Part shown: piece after piece, positions 1 through 11,100 of the stretch
Layout of the letters: each line of letters opens with the position of its first letter
How positions within the stretch are numbered: the stretch's first letter is position 1
Virus record (IMG/VR): IMGVR_UViG_3300028797_000116
Span: 61,691 to 125,690 of that record
Strand: one strand, 5' to 3'
DNA from: a virus
Lineage: Duplodnaviria > Caudoviricetes
Length of the DNA: 64,000 nt
Notes under the pieces: model-generated
What the model was told of the DNA's origin: nothing
The model's database searches: none
What the model saw: the letters and a program-made list of their open reading frames with translations, nothing else
Translations under genes and position numbers: made by a program

Positions 1-421
1 AATCAATATTCTTGAAAATGGTATGTTCTTAAAATATAATTATGCAGGTGGAAAAGTTAGCCTTACTGGTGAAGGTGAAGACATGTTAGTTTTTAATGAA
101 GTAAAAGTTTATGATGAAAGAGATTCATATAAAGATTTTGCTATGATTAAAAAGAACTATGTTGGAGAAGAAATTTATCCAAGATTATTTAAAACAAATG
201 TTGGAGATATTTATACAACAAACTGTGTAGGTGCTGCTAATACAGCAAAAGACGCAGAATATGAAGGAATTGAATTAACAGTTGGAGACAAATTAAAAGT
301 TGGTGCAGCAGGATATCTAGTAAAAGATAATGCAGTTGCGACAGGAATGATTTGGCAAGTAGTTAAAGAATACACTATGCCAGATGGACAACCAGCTGTT
401 AAACTTCAAAGAATAAACTAA
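1..421 (+). CDS. Capsid-associated (decoration/cement-like) protein, 5' end outside window
   Basis: Frame is open from the window edge (INILENGMFLKY...) to TAA 419-421; lies immediately upstream of the major capsid gene. Confidence 0.55.
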   Translation, partial: INILENGMFLKYNYAGGKVSLTGEGEDMLVFNEVKVYDERDSYKDFAMIKKNYVGEEIYPRLFKTNVGDIYTTNCVGAANTAKDAEYEGIELTVGDKLKVGAAGYLVKDNAVATGMIWQVVKEYTMPDGQPAVKLQRIN

Positions 422-438
422 TAAGGAGGAAATAAATT

Positions 439-1479
439 ATGGAAATTAAAGATTTAACAAAATTAGCTAAAATCGCAAGTAATGCAAAACCTTCTACTAC
501 TTATTCTTTTGAAGGTGAAAACTTTACTGCTGCTGAAATTAATGAAACATTAAGAAATGAATTAAATAAAATTGCAGGTAATTATCATTTATATGAACAA
601 AACAAACATACTATCTTTGCATTAGTAGAACAAGTTATTGATGATGTATTACCTACAAGAGTATTAGAAGAATATGGAAGATTTGCAGAAATCACTACTG
701 TAAAACAAGGAGATAAAGCAATCTTCAGACAAAAAATAAGTGCTTCAGCCAGAAGAAGAGCTAAACAATTCATTACTAAAGTTGGATTAGCTGGCGTTTA
801 TGAAGTATTTAAATTAGATGGACAATCTTATGAAGTTCCAACAACTGCATTCGGAGGAGCTGCTCAAGTATCTATCGAAGAATTCTTAGATGGTAGAGTA
901 GATTTCAATGAATTAGTAGATGTTGTTATGGAAGGATTAGATGAAGCTATCTATTTAGAAATTGAAAAAGCATTAATCGGTGCTGTTAATAAATTAGGAA
1001 CTAACAATAAATATGCTGGAGCTGGATTTAATGAAACAGCTATGGATAGTTTAATCTCTGTTGCAGATAGCTATGGAAAAGCAACTATTTATTGTACTTA
1101 TGAATTTGCGGCAACTATGGTTCCAGCTGAAGGATGGATTTCAGATAATATGAAAGACCAAAAATGGAACAATGGTTACTTAGCTAACTATAAAGGACAC
1201 AATGTAATTGTATTAAATCAATCTTTAGTTGATGAAACTAATACAACTAAAGTTATTGATCCAGCTTATGCATGGATTATTCCAGCAGGATCAAATGAAA
1301 AACCAGTTAAAATTGCTTTTGAAGGACAAACTCTTGTTGACGATAGAAAAAATGATGATTGGTCTAAAGAAATTCAAGTTTATAGAAAACTTGGAGTTGG
1401 TGCTTTAATCACTAATAACATTTGCGTTTATAGAAATACTTCTTTAACAAAAACTGTTACAATACCTGGTTCAATGTAA
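439..1479 (+). CDS. Major capsid protein
   Basis: 346 aa, AAGGAGG RBS, strongly biased codons, followed by a terminator, head-module position; all 4 Trp are TGG. Confidence 0.8.
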   Translation: MEIKDLTKLAKIASNAKPSTTYSFEGENFTAAEINETLRNELNKIAGNYHLYEQNKHTIFALVEQVIDDVLPTRVLEEYGRFAEITTVKQGDKAIFRQKISASARRRAKQFITKVGLAGVYEVFKLDGQSYEVPTTAFGGAAQVSIEEFLDGRVDFNELVDVVMEGLDEAIYLEIEKALIGAVNKLGTNNKYAGAGFNETAMDSLISVADSYGKATIYCTYEFAATMVPAEGWISDNMKDQKWNNGYLANYKGHNVIVLNQSLVDETNTTKVIDPAYAWIIPAGSNEKPVKIAFEGQTLVDDRKNDDWSKEIQVYRKLGVGALITNNICVYRNTSLTKTVTIPGSM

Positions 1480-1501
1480 TATAAATACATTTTAAATATT
1501 T

Positions 1502-1556
1502 TAGGAAGGTTAAAGAGTTTCTTTTTAAAAGAGATTTTTAACCTTCCTATTTTTTT
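1502..1556 (+). terminator. Rho-independent terminator
   Basis: TAGGAAGGTTAAA...TTTAACCTTCCTA inverted repeat followed by T-run. Confidence 0.75.
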
Positions 1557-1583
1557 ATTAAGGAGAGAAAAGGAGATATAAAT

Positions 1584-2156
1584 ATGTTAATTGATAACAA
1601 AGAAATTATAAAAATAACTAATAGGGATAATGGACGTATAGGATATACTATCCCTGATTTAAATATAACTCGTGTATTCGAGGCTTATGAAACAAAAGAG
1701 GTAACTGCGGAAGAAATTAGAAAATTATCTTATATATCTGGAGGACAAGTTCTTTTAAAAGATTATTTAGTAATAAATAATGAAGAATTAATAAAAGAAA
1801 TTCTTCATTCAGTAGAGCCTGAATACTTTTATACAGAACAAGATATAAAAGATTTATTAATAAATGGTTCTTTAGATGCTTTAAAAGATTGTTTAGATTA
1901 TGCTCCAGTAGGAACTATAGATTTACTTAAAAAATTAGCGGTAGAGCTACCTTTAAATGATGTAGCTAAAAGAAAAGCTATTTTAGATATGACTGGATTT
2001 AATGTAGATACTGCAATTATGATTGAAGAAGAAACTAAAGAAAAAATGGAAGAAAGTAATAAAGTTCGTAGATTAAATGAAAAAGAAGCGGTTGCCGCTG
2101 CCCCTACAGGAAGAAGAACTACAGTACCGGTAGATAAATATAAAGTAGTAAAATAA
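1584..2156 (+). CDS. Conserved phage protein (head module)
   Basis: 190-aa ORF with AAGGAG RBS. Confidence 0.6.
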   Translation: MLIDNKEIIKITNRDNGRIGYTIPDLNITRVFEAYETKEVTAEEIRKLSYISGGQVLLKDYLVINNEELIKEILHSVEPEYFYTEQDIKDLLINGSLDALKDCLDYAPVGTIDLLKKLAVELPLNDVAKRKAILDMTGFNVDTAIMIEEETKEKMEESNKVRRLNEKEAVAAAPTGRRTTVPVDKYKVVK

Positions 2157-2174
2157 AAATAATGGAGGTGTAAT

Positions 2175-2741
2175 ATGACAGAAATAACAACTACACCTTT
2201 TTCTATTGTTTATGATAGTTTTTTATCAAAAATAACAGATGATATGTATATGGAGTTAACTGAATTAGATACTTTTAGATTATTAGAAAATTTATTAAAA
2301 ACTGCTATGCAAAAATTTGAGTTTCCTCGTATAGATATTTTTGATTATGAAGAAAGCTATGTAGATGATGTAGATACTTATGAAGGTGTTGAAAGTAATA
2401 ATGAAGAAGTGCCTGCAATTATTTATGCTGGCGGATATTTTAATAATTTGCTAACAGCAGAAGAAATTAATATTCTTTCAACATATATGATAGTAGAATG
2501 ATTAGGTCAACAATTAGCTAGTGTTGAAAATACTAGAATGAAATATAGCGGAAGTGATTTTAAATTTACTTCTCAAGCTAATCATATGTCTAAAATATTA
2601 GCTCTTAAAAAAGATTATGAAAGAGAAGGTTTCCATCTTCAAAGATTATATAAGAGAAGAATTAAAGATGAAAATGGAATTATGCGCTCTACTTTTAATA
2701 GTATTATGGAAAAATCCCCTAGTAGTAGGGAGGTTTTATAA
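2175..2741 (+). CDS. Putative head-tail adaptor (code 4, 188 aa)
   Basis: ORFs 2175-2501 and 2538-2741 are in frame, joined by one TGA (IVE-W-LGQQL); GGAGG RBS. Confidence 0.6.
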
Positions 2742-3067
2742 TGAAAATAGAAACTGGAGCGGAAATAAAAAAAGAAGCTGTAATAGATAATATAAAAAAA
2801 ATAATTAATCAAACATATAAATTATTACCGAATAGAGAAGAAGCTATTGATTGAGAAACGCCATTAAAAACAATAATAGAAGAATTATCAGGAATGGATA
2901 TTTTATTAAATGAATATCATAGTATCTTATTTCCTTTGCTTTGTAAAATGCAAGGATTATTTTCTTTTCAAAATGATGAAGATTATTTAGATTATAGAAG
3001 ATGCATTTTTGAATGTTTAAATTTGCTTACTTCATTAAAGGAGGCGATTGCGACATGTCAGGATTAG
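2741..3067 (+). CDS. Conserved phage protein (code 4, 108 aa), absent from ORF track
   Basis: TAATG overlap with previous gene; MKIETGAEIK...YKLLPNREEAID-W-ETPL...YRRCIFECLNLL; ends TAG. Confidence 0.65.
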
Positions 3068-4008
3068 AAGATATGAGTACTCGTCTTCAATATAGTGGCG
3101 GAAATGCTCAAATAAATAGAATGAATCAAGATAAGCTAAAGAGTTTAAAAAAAGCTTTATTATATTCTTATCAAAGTGCTACCGCAATATTGGTAGATGG
3201 AAGAGAATTTAGATGTTTAATTAATCCAGACCATTTAAAAACATCCTTTGATGATAAAATTATATCAATTCCTTTTGAAGATATTTGTTTAAATAAAAAA
3301 GATAAAAAAATAGAATCAATTGGAATAAAAGCAGGAGATGTGTTTACTTGGAAAGAAAATAATTCAGATTGGTTAGTATTTTTACAAAGATTAGAAGAAA
3401 CAGCTTATTTTAGAGCTGAAATTCGTAGATGTAGATATACTGTTTTAATAAATAATATTGAATATAAATGTTATGCAGCAAGATCTGAAGTAAATGAAAT
3501 AGATTGAAAAAAACAAAAAGATATAGTTTGAACTGAACCAGATTATACATTAAAAATGTATATTACTAAAGATGATAAAACAGAAGCATTTTTCCATAGA
3601 TATAGTATTATTAAAGTTAATGGAGAACCATGAGAAGTTCAATCTATTGATAGTATAAATGCGGAAGGTATTATTATTGTATATTTAAAAGAATGATTTA
3701 AAAATACAATAGCAGAAGAAAAAGAAAAAGAAGATGCGGAAAAGGTAGATAATGTTCAACCAATCTCAAATGAAGGATTTATATCAGGTCCTGCCGCATT
3801 ATATCCATATGATACTGCTATTTATAAAATTAATAATATAGATAATGGAAGTTGAATTATAAGTAGTAAAAAAGTAAAAATATTAGAACAAAATAATCTT
3901 GAAATAAAAATTGAAATTATTTCAGGACGTAGTGGTGAATTTGAGTTAATATATAAAAGAGATAATGAAGATGACATTAAATATAATGTTAAAATTCAAT
4001 CATTATAG
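3055..4008 (+). CDS. Putative head-closure/neck protein (code 4, 317 aa)
   Basis: AAGGAGG RBS before ATG 3055; open through several TGA to TAG 4006-4008. Confidence 0.55.
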
Positions 4009-4021
4009 AAGGAGTTAAAAT

Positions 4022-4615
4022 ATGAAAAGAGATACTCGTAGTACAATTCCATTAGAATCATCTTTTTTAAGTTTTGAAAAAGATGTTGAAATTATTTTAA
4101 AAGCTCTTTTTGTTGAGAGCTTCCCACATAGTGATAGTTTAAAAAGACTTTTAGTTATTAATACAAAAGATTGTTTAGATAATACTGAAAGTCAAGTTTA
4201 TAAAAGAAAAATTGCGGAAATGACTTTAGCTAAACTAATTCAAGAAGGATATATAAAATTAAATCCAAAAATTAGAATGCCTGAACATGAAGAAGTAAAA
4301 GCTTATATTATTATTTCTTCAGATAATTATACTCCAAATAAAGAAAATCCTTATTATAGAGATTGTACATTGACTTTTGATATTCTATGCCATCTTGACT
4401 ATTGAGATATCGGTGATTATAGACAAAGACCTATTAAAATAGCAGGTTATATAGATGGATTATTAAACAATGCAAAATTAACTGGAATTGGAGAATTAAA
4501 TTTTTTAGGATGTAATGAATTAGTAATAAGTGAAGATTTAGCTGGATATTCTCTTTCTTATAGAGCAATTCATGGTAATGATGATCGTTTACCGCCAAAA
4601 GAAAATAATGATTAA
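4022..4615 (+). CDS. Putative tail terminator/completion protein (code 4, 197 aa)
   Basis: One TGA (FDILCHLDY-W-DIGDYRQRP); position upstream of the tail tube gene. Confidence 0.55.
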
Positions 4616-5348
4616 TGAACTATTATTATTATCAAAAAATGATATACCTTTTATAGAGGCTCAAATTACAATACATCAACCAACAATTAAAGAAATCGCA
4701 TATATAGGAGAAGAATCTTTTTTTACTGGCTATGAAATGTTAAACTTTTCTAAAAACTTATTATTAGAAGAGGACAAAGTCAATTTAGAAAATGTAAGTA
4801 ATTTTGATATATTAATAGCAATACTAAAAGAGCGTAATGCGGTAATGCAAAAAAATAGGAATTGCGTAGAAATGGTTCTAGCTCTTATCTTTCCAGAATA
4901 TATTATTAGTATTGAAAAAGATGCTTTTATATTAAAAAAAGATAATGAAGAATATAAGATTAATAATGAAAATTTTGATGCCTTTAAAAATATTATTAAT
5001 CAGATGTTTCCTTTAAAAACTGGTGTTGAGTCTAATGAATATAACCCAACTGGAGATCTAGCTAAAAAAATTGCAGATAAGTTAAAAAAGAGACATCAAA
5101 CTTTAGGAGAATTAAAAGAAAGTGCAAATCAAAAAATTGATATGTTTAGTCGTTATATTTCTATTCTTGCAATAGGAGAGCAAAAAGACATAAATAGTCT
5201 TATGAATTATACTGTTTATCAATTATTAGATGAATTTGAAAGGTATAAATTAAAAATTGCTTATGATATAAATTTCCAAGCAAGAATGGCTGGAGCAAAG
5301 GATTTAAAGGAAGTTGAAGACTGAATGAAAGATATTCATTCAAATTAA
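4608..5348 (+). CDS. Conserved tail-module protein (code 4, 246 aa)
   Basis: MINELLLLSKNDIPF...AGAKDLKEVED-W-MKDIHSN; overlaps the previous stop. Confidence 0.6.
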
Positions 5349-5376
5349 TTATAAATAAAATAAGGAGGATTTTATT

Positions 5377-6306
5377 ATGAAGTTCGGAGTACGTGAGATT
5401 GCTAATGTAGTTTTTAAAGCAAAAGCTGAAACTAAAATCGGAACATCTACTTTTAAAGCTGGACAACCAGTACTTTACATTGACTCTGCAACTACTTCTA
5501 CTATTGAAGGAGCTGCAACTACAGTATATGCTCAAGGAGGACGTGGTAATACTCGTTTAATCGCTTGGGAAGGTGAAAAAACTTTAACTTTTACTGTAGA
5601 AGATGCGTTATTATCTCCAATTGGATTCTCTATCTTATCTGGAGCTGGATTATTTAAAGATGCAACTAAACAAGTTCATGTTCATGTAACATCTCAAGCT
5701 TATGTAGGTGATGATGGAGTTATTGATTTAACTGATGCTTTAGGAGCTGAAGAAGAAATTGATGCTACTGCACCAGTATTCGTAATGGTTACTGAAAAAG
5801 ATGGTTCTATTACAGGAGATTTAATTACTGGATTATCAACTTCAGGAAAAACTTTAACTGGAGCTGGAAGTAGCTATTATGGAAAAACTGTATTTGTAGA
5901 TTTCTATGTAGTTAAGAGTTCTGCAGATATCTCTGAATTACAAATTGATGCTGAAAACTTTGGTGGATATTACTATGTTGAAGCTAGTACATTATTCAGA
6001 AGACAATCTGATGGTGTAGATATGCCTGCTGAAATTACATTACCAAATGTAAAAGTACAATCTAACTTTACATTTAATATGGCATCTACAGGAGATCCAA
6101 GTACATTCTCATTCACAATGGATGCATTCCCAGGATATACAACTTTCGATAGAACACATAAAGTATTATGTGTAATTCAAACTATTGAAGATGCAACTGC
6201 AGGAACTACAACTAGAAATAGTGTTATGGGACATAGAACTGGATTCGAAATGCCAGAATCTAAAGCTGATTCTAATGTTGAATATGGAGAAGCTGGATCT
6301 ATCTAG
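5377..6306 (+). CDS. Major tail (tube) protein
   Basis: 309 aa, T/G/A-rich, biased codons, AAGGAGG RBS, terminator downstream; no sheath gene in the module. Confidence 0.75.
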   Translation: MKFGVREIANVVFKAKAETKIGTSTFKAGQPVLYIDSATTSTIEGAATTVYAQGGRGNTRLIAWEGEKTLTFTVEDALLSPIGFSILSGAGLFKDATKQVHVHVTSQAYVGDDGVIDLTDALGAEEEIDATAPVFVMVTEKDGSITGDLITGLSTSGKTLTGAGSSYYGKTVFVDFYVVKSSADISELQIDAENFGGYYYVEASTLFRRQSDGVDMPAEITLPNVKVQSNFTFNMASTGDPSTFSFTMDAFPGYTTFDRTHKVLCVIQTIEDATAGTTTRNSVMGHRTGFEMPESKADSNVEYGEAGSI

Positions 6307-6322
6307 TATTAAGAATAGATTT

Positions 6323-6351
6323 AAGAGAGGGATTACCCCTCTCTTTTTTTA
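6323..6351 (+). terminator. Rho-independent terminator
   Basis: AAGAGAGGG-attac-CCCTCTCTT + T-run. Confidence 0.8.
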
Positions 6352-6367
6352 TTAGGAGTTGGTAATT

Positions 6368-7474
6368 ATGATTAACAGAGGAATATTTGGTCAAAAATAT
6401 GATATTTGAAGAACATATTATAATAAGAAAAGTAATATTTCAGAAGGAGCTAGATTAATAGAAAAATATTTATATCAAAGAAGAGGTCATCATATCAGTA
6501 AAAGAACTAAAAAAGATGCTGATTTATTAACTGATTTTTTTAGAGAATTAAAAATTATATCTATGGAAGAAATGAAAAAAAATCCTCTACAAAAAACTAT
6601 TTCTGCAAATATATTAGGTGCTTATTTGAAAGATTTACCTTTATTAAATTTCTTTTTAGGAGGAAATGCTAAAGCAATGTTAGTAGAAAAAGGTTCTTCA
6701 GGAGGAATTGAATTTGAAAAAGAAATAGAAAAATTAATTAAATTTGATGAGCAAGATAAAATTACTGGAACAGCAACTGGAGCCGCTTATATTAATTTAG
6801 GAGTAAAAGATGAAGCAAGTGCTTTAGAATTAGTTAAAAAAATTTTTAATGATGAAACTTTAAATGAGGTAAAAAATATTGAAAGCAAAATTATAAAAAG
6901 AGTAAATGAAAATAATGTTCCTTATTTTTATTTAAAAGTTGGTGTATCTAGAGCAGGAAAAATTGACGTTGGCGGAAGCGGAAAAGCAGAAACTAATTTT
7001 ACTATTGATGGACAACCTAATCAGCAAATTTCAAAAGTAAAAGAATTATTAGAAGATAGTTCTTTTTCTATTAAATCTTATTTAACTGGTGGATCTATTG
7101 AATTAGGAGGTACAGATCCTCAAAAAGCTGTTTCCGCAGTAGCAGAATATGTAGCTTCAAAAACTAAAAATAAAGATCATATTCGTTCTGCAGGAATTTA
7201 TTATATACGACATCCAGAGCCTGGAAAAGATAAATATATTTCTAATCAACAACAAGAAAGAGTTGAGGAATTATATGCTAGATATGGAAGAATTAAAAAA
7301 GTATATGAATTAGTTGGAATGGGATTAAAATATAATGATATAGATGAACTTAGAAATGTAGATTTTTTATTAGTAAATAGAGCATTTGAAGGCGGAGATA
7401 TTAATGTTTATTCTACTCAAGATTTAGTTTATAGATTTGGATTAAATGAGTATTATAAATTTGACATAAAATAA
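6368..7474 (+). CDS. Hypothetical protein (code 4, 368 aa)
   Basis: ATG 6368 after AGGAG; one TGA at codon 14; in frame with ORF 6563-7474. Confidence 0.6.
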
Positions 7475-7489
7475 AATCTATGTTATAAT
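7461..7489 (+). promoter_or_regulatory. sigmaA/sigma70 consensus promoter with extended -10
   Basis: TTGACA-17 nt-TATAAT with TGn before -10. Confidence 0.8.
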
Positions 7490-7515
7490 AAATAAGAAAT
7501 AAAAGGAGTGATTTT

Positions 7516-8049
7516 ATGACAGCAATTAGTTATGCGAATATGAAATTAAAAGTAGATAATAGCACTTATCAATTTAAATGGAATGATTGTGATATTAATG
7601 TTTTAAATTATTTACCTATTGAAGATAAATATGATTTAATTATGATTACTTTACAAAAATCATTAGAAAATGGATATTATAATCCAATTAGACTTGATGA
7701 ATATTTTCATTTACATTTAATTTATAGCTATACAAATATTTCATTTACTGAAAAACAAAAAGAAGATGAAAGTAAATTATATGATTGTTTAAAAAGTAAT
7801 GGATTAATGGATGCTTTTCTTAATGGCTTTGATGAAAGTGAATATAATGAATTATATACATTATTAAATGATACTAAAGAAGCTATATTAAGACAAAAAT
7901 TAAGTGTTAGTGGATTAATAGAAAGTTTTATTGCGGATTTACCTGCTCAAGCAGAAGCTGTTAAAAATATTATAGATAACTTTGATAAAGATAAATATCA
8001 AGAAGTAATAAACTTTGCAAAAGCAGCAAATGGTAATAGAGATATTTAA
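7516..8049 (+). CDS. Putative tail assembly chaperone
   Basis: 177-aa acidic helical protein directly upstream of tape measure gene. Confidence 0.5.
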   Translation: MTAISYANMKLKVDNSTYQFKWNDCDINVLNYLPIEDKYDLIMITLQKSLENGYYNPIRLDEYFHLHLIYSYTNISFTEKQKEDESKLYDCLKSNGLMDAFLNGFDESEYNELYTLLNDTKEAILRQKLSVSGLIESFIADLPAQAEAVKNIIDNFDKDKYQEVINFAKAANGNRDI

Positions 8050-8077
8050 TTAGCAAGGTCAAATTAATTTAATTGAT

Positions 8078-8119
8078 AATCCCTTTTTTACATAAATAAG
8101 TAAGAAAAGGGATTTTTTT
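8078..8119 (+). terminator. Rho-independent terminator
   Basis: AATCCCTTTT...AAAAGGGATT + T-run. Confidence 0.6.
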
Positions 8120-8150
8120 ATTTGGATTATAAAAGGAGGAAAAGGAACTT

Positions 8151-11100
8151 ATGGCGAATGCAAATATAAATATAAAAGTTGGATATACTCTTGATAAAAG
8201 TAAGTGAAATGAAATAGATCAAGCTTTAAGAAGTTTATCTGCGGAAGCTGCAAAAATTGGTAATGAATCTAATACAGGTTTACAAAAAGCTGCTCAATCC
8301 GCGAGAGAATTATCCAATATTTTAAATAACAGTTTCAATAAAGATTTAGGTACTGTTAATGTAACTAGATTTGCACAACAAATTGCTAAAAGTAATATTG
8401 ATATAGGAAATTTGAAAACTCAATTAACCGCTATTGGGCCTGCTGGCGCAAATGCTTTTAATGCAATTAGTTCTTCTATTTTAGGAACATCTGCACAAAT
8501 AAAACAAACAAGTGCATTTTTAGATAGAATGGCTACAACATTCAAAAATACTATTCGTTACGGTATTTCATCTAGTATTTGAAATAATTTTGCAAATAGT
8601 TTTCAAAAAGCATATGATTATTCTAAAGATCTAAATGAATCATTAAATAATATTAGAATAGTAACTAAACAATCAACAGATCAAATGAATCAATTTGCGG
8701 TTACTGCGAATGAGGCTGCTAAACGTTTAGGTACTAGTACATTAGATTATACTAATGCAGCTTTAATTTATTATCAACAAGGTTTAAGTGATCAAGAAGC
8801 GCAAGCTAGAGCAGAAGTAACTTTAAAAGCAGCAAATGTAACTGGTCAATCTGCGGCTGAAGTGTCTGAACAATTAACTGCTGTATGAAATGGTTATCAA
8901 GTTAGTGCAGAAGAGTCTGAAAAATATATTGATAAATTAGCTTTAGTTGCTGCAAACTCAGCATCTAATTTAGAAGAATTATCTACAGGTATGAGTAAAG
9001 TGGCGGCTGCCGCAAATTCAATGGGCGTAGATATAGATCAATTAAATGCTCAATTATCAACAATTATTTCTGTTACAAGACAAGCTCCAGAATCAGCTGG
9101 TGTTGCATTAAAAACTATTTATGCTCGTATGAGTAATATTCAAGCTGGTTTAGATGACGAAACAACTTTAGGTAGCTATACTGAAAAGATGGCTCAATTA
9201 GGAATTAATGTATTAGATAACGAAGGAAAACTTCGTGATATGGGTAAAGTTGTTGAAGAAATTGGTGGTAAATGGCAAACAATGTCTAGAGAACAACAAG
9301 TCGCATTATCTCAAGCTATGGCGGGAACTAGACAATATAATAATTTACTAGCATTATTTGATAACTGAGATAAATATATTAAAGCTATTGATTTATCTAA
9401 AAATGCAACTGGAGAATTACAAAAACAACAAGATATTTATATGGAAAGTACTGAAGCTCACTTAAAAAAATTAAAAGCGACATGACAAGATTTATATAGT
9501 GGAGCTATTGATGATAAAGAGGTGCATTCAGGAATAGATTTATTAACTAATTTTGTTCAAACTCTTGATAACGTTGTAGATTCTTTTGGAGGAGGCCTTA
9601 AGAGTTTAGCTGGATTAGGAGCAATTTTAGCTAATGTATTTAATAAACAATTATCACAATCAATTACTAATTATTTAGTAAATCAAGATAAAGCAATACA
9701 AAATATTGCGATGTTGGAACAAAAAGCTAGAACTATCCAAGCGGGTTCCGCAATTACTCCAGGATTAGGAGAAGCAAAGGGCAATCAACAAGCTATTGGA
9801 GCTGCTTATTTAGCAGAAAATGAAACTCAATTAAAATATGCTAAAGAATTACAAGAAGTTGAAAAAGGATTAACTCAAGAACAATATAATCAAGCTGTTC
9901 AATTACAAGTCCAATTAGGTTCTATTGAAAAAGAAGCTGTATATATGGAACAAATAGCAGAGCAAGAATTAAAAAAGGCTCTTGGAGATCAAGATGCAGC
10001 TCAATATTTAAAAGATAGAAAAAATTCAATGGAAGAAATTGCTGAAATTAACAATCAAATGTTAGATAATGCAAAAGAAGAATTAGACTTACAAGAAGAA
10101 AGTTATAATATATTGAAAAATAGCTTTGAATATTATGAGAAAGAAAAAATTACTAGACAAGAAATTCAACAAATAGATGAAGAAATTGAAAGTATTATTT
10201 TTAAAGCTAATAATAGTAAAGGTAAAGAATTACAAGCTTTAAAAGATGAGTTCCAAGGAGAAAATCAAATTTTTAATTTTACCAAACTTAATTATATTCA
10301 AAAACAAAAAATACTTACAAAAGTTAAAGAAATTGTTAATGAACAAAAAAATGAAGTGGATGGAATTAATAAAAAAATTGAAGCTGAAGAAAAATATGAA
10401 AGAGCTAGAGAGAGTGCGGAAAATAAGCGTATGGGCGGAAGCGGTTTAGCTCAAGAATTTGAAAATATTATTAAATATGGCGAACGCGCGATGTCTGTAT
10501 CTGAAAAAGTTACAACTGTAACTGCTTCATTATCATCTCTTGCTATGGCTTGAAGTTCAGTTAATTCATTAGTTCAAACTTGGTCTGATAAAAATGCTAC
10601 TTTTGGAGATAAAATACTTCAAACAATGATGACTTTAGGTATGGTAGTACCTTCTATTATAAAAGTTTATAAAGATTTGGCAGCTGTTGAACAAGCTAGA
10701 CAAATTTTACAAAAAAAGGAAATTGCTCAAGAAGTTGTTAGACAGACATTAAGTAAAGTTAAACAAGGAGATTTAAAAAAAGAAATTTCTTTAGAAGAAG
10801 TTCAAGTTAAATTAAAAGAAAAAGGAATTATTCTTTCAGATGACGCAATTAAAAAATTAATTACTGAAACTACAGCGACTAAAGGATTAGGAACTGCTAG
10901 TGCAGGAGCTGCAAAAGGAGTCTCTGCATTAGGAACTGCAGTACTTGGATTAACCGCAGCCATTGGAATCATTTCTTTAATTTACTCTAAAATTTCAGAC
11001 TTTATGAAAGAAATGGATGAAGCTGTTAAAAAACAAAAAGAAGAAAATGACCAAGCAATAAAAAATGCAAAAGATAATTATAAATTAGTAGATTCTTATA

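Noticed and set aside
3013-4607. ORF-track starts at 3013 and 4572
   Set aside because: They overlap upstream code-4 genes; RBS or coupling favours ATG 3055 and 4608
7516-8150. Programmed -1 frameshift in the tail assembly chaperone
   Set aside because: No convincing slippery site with an extended downstream frame; a terminator follows the gene
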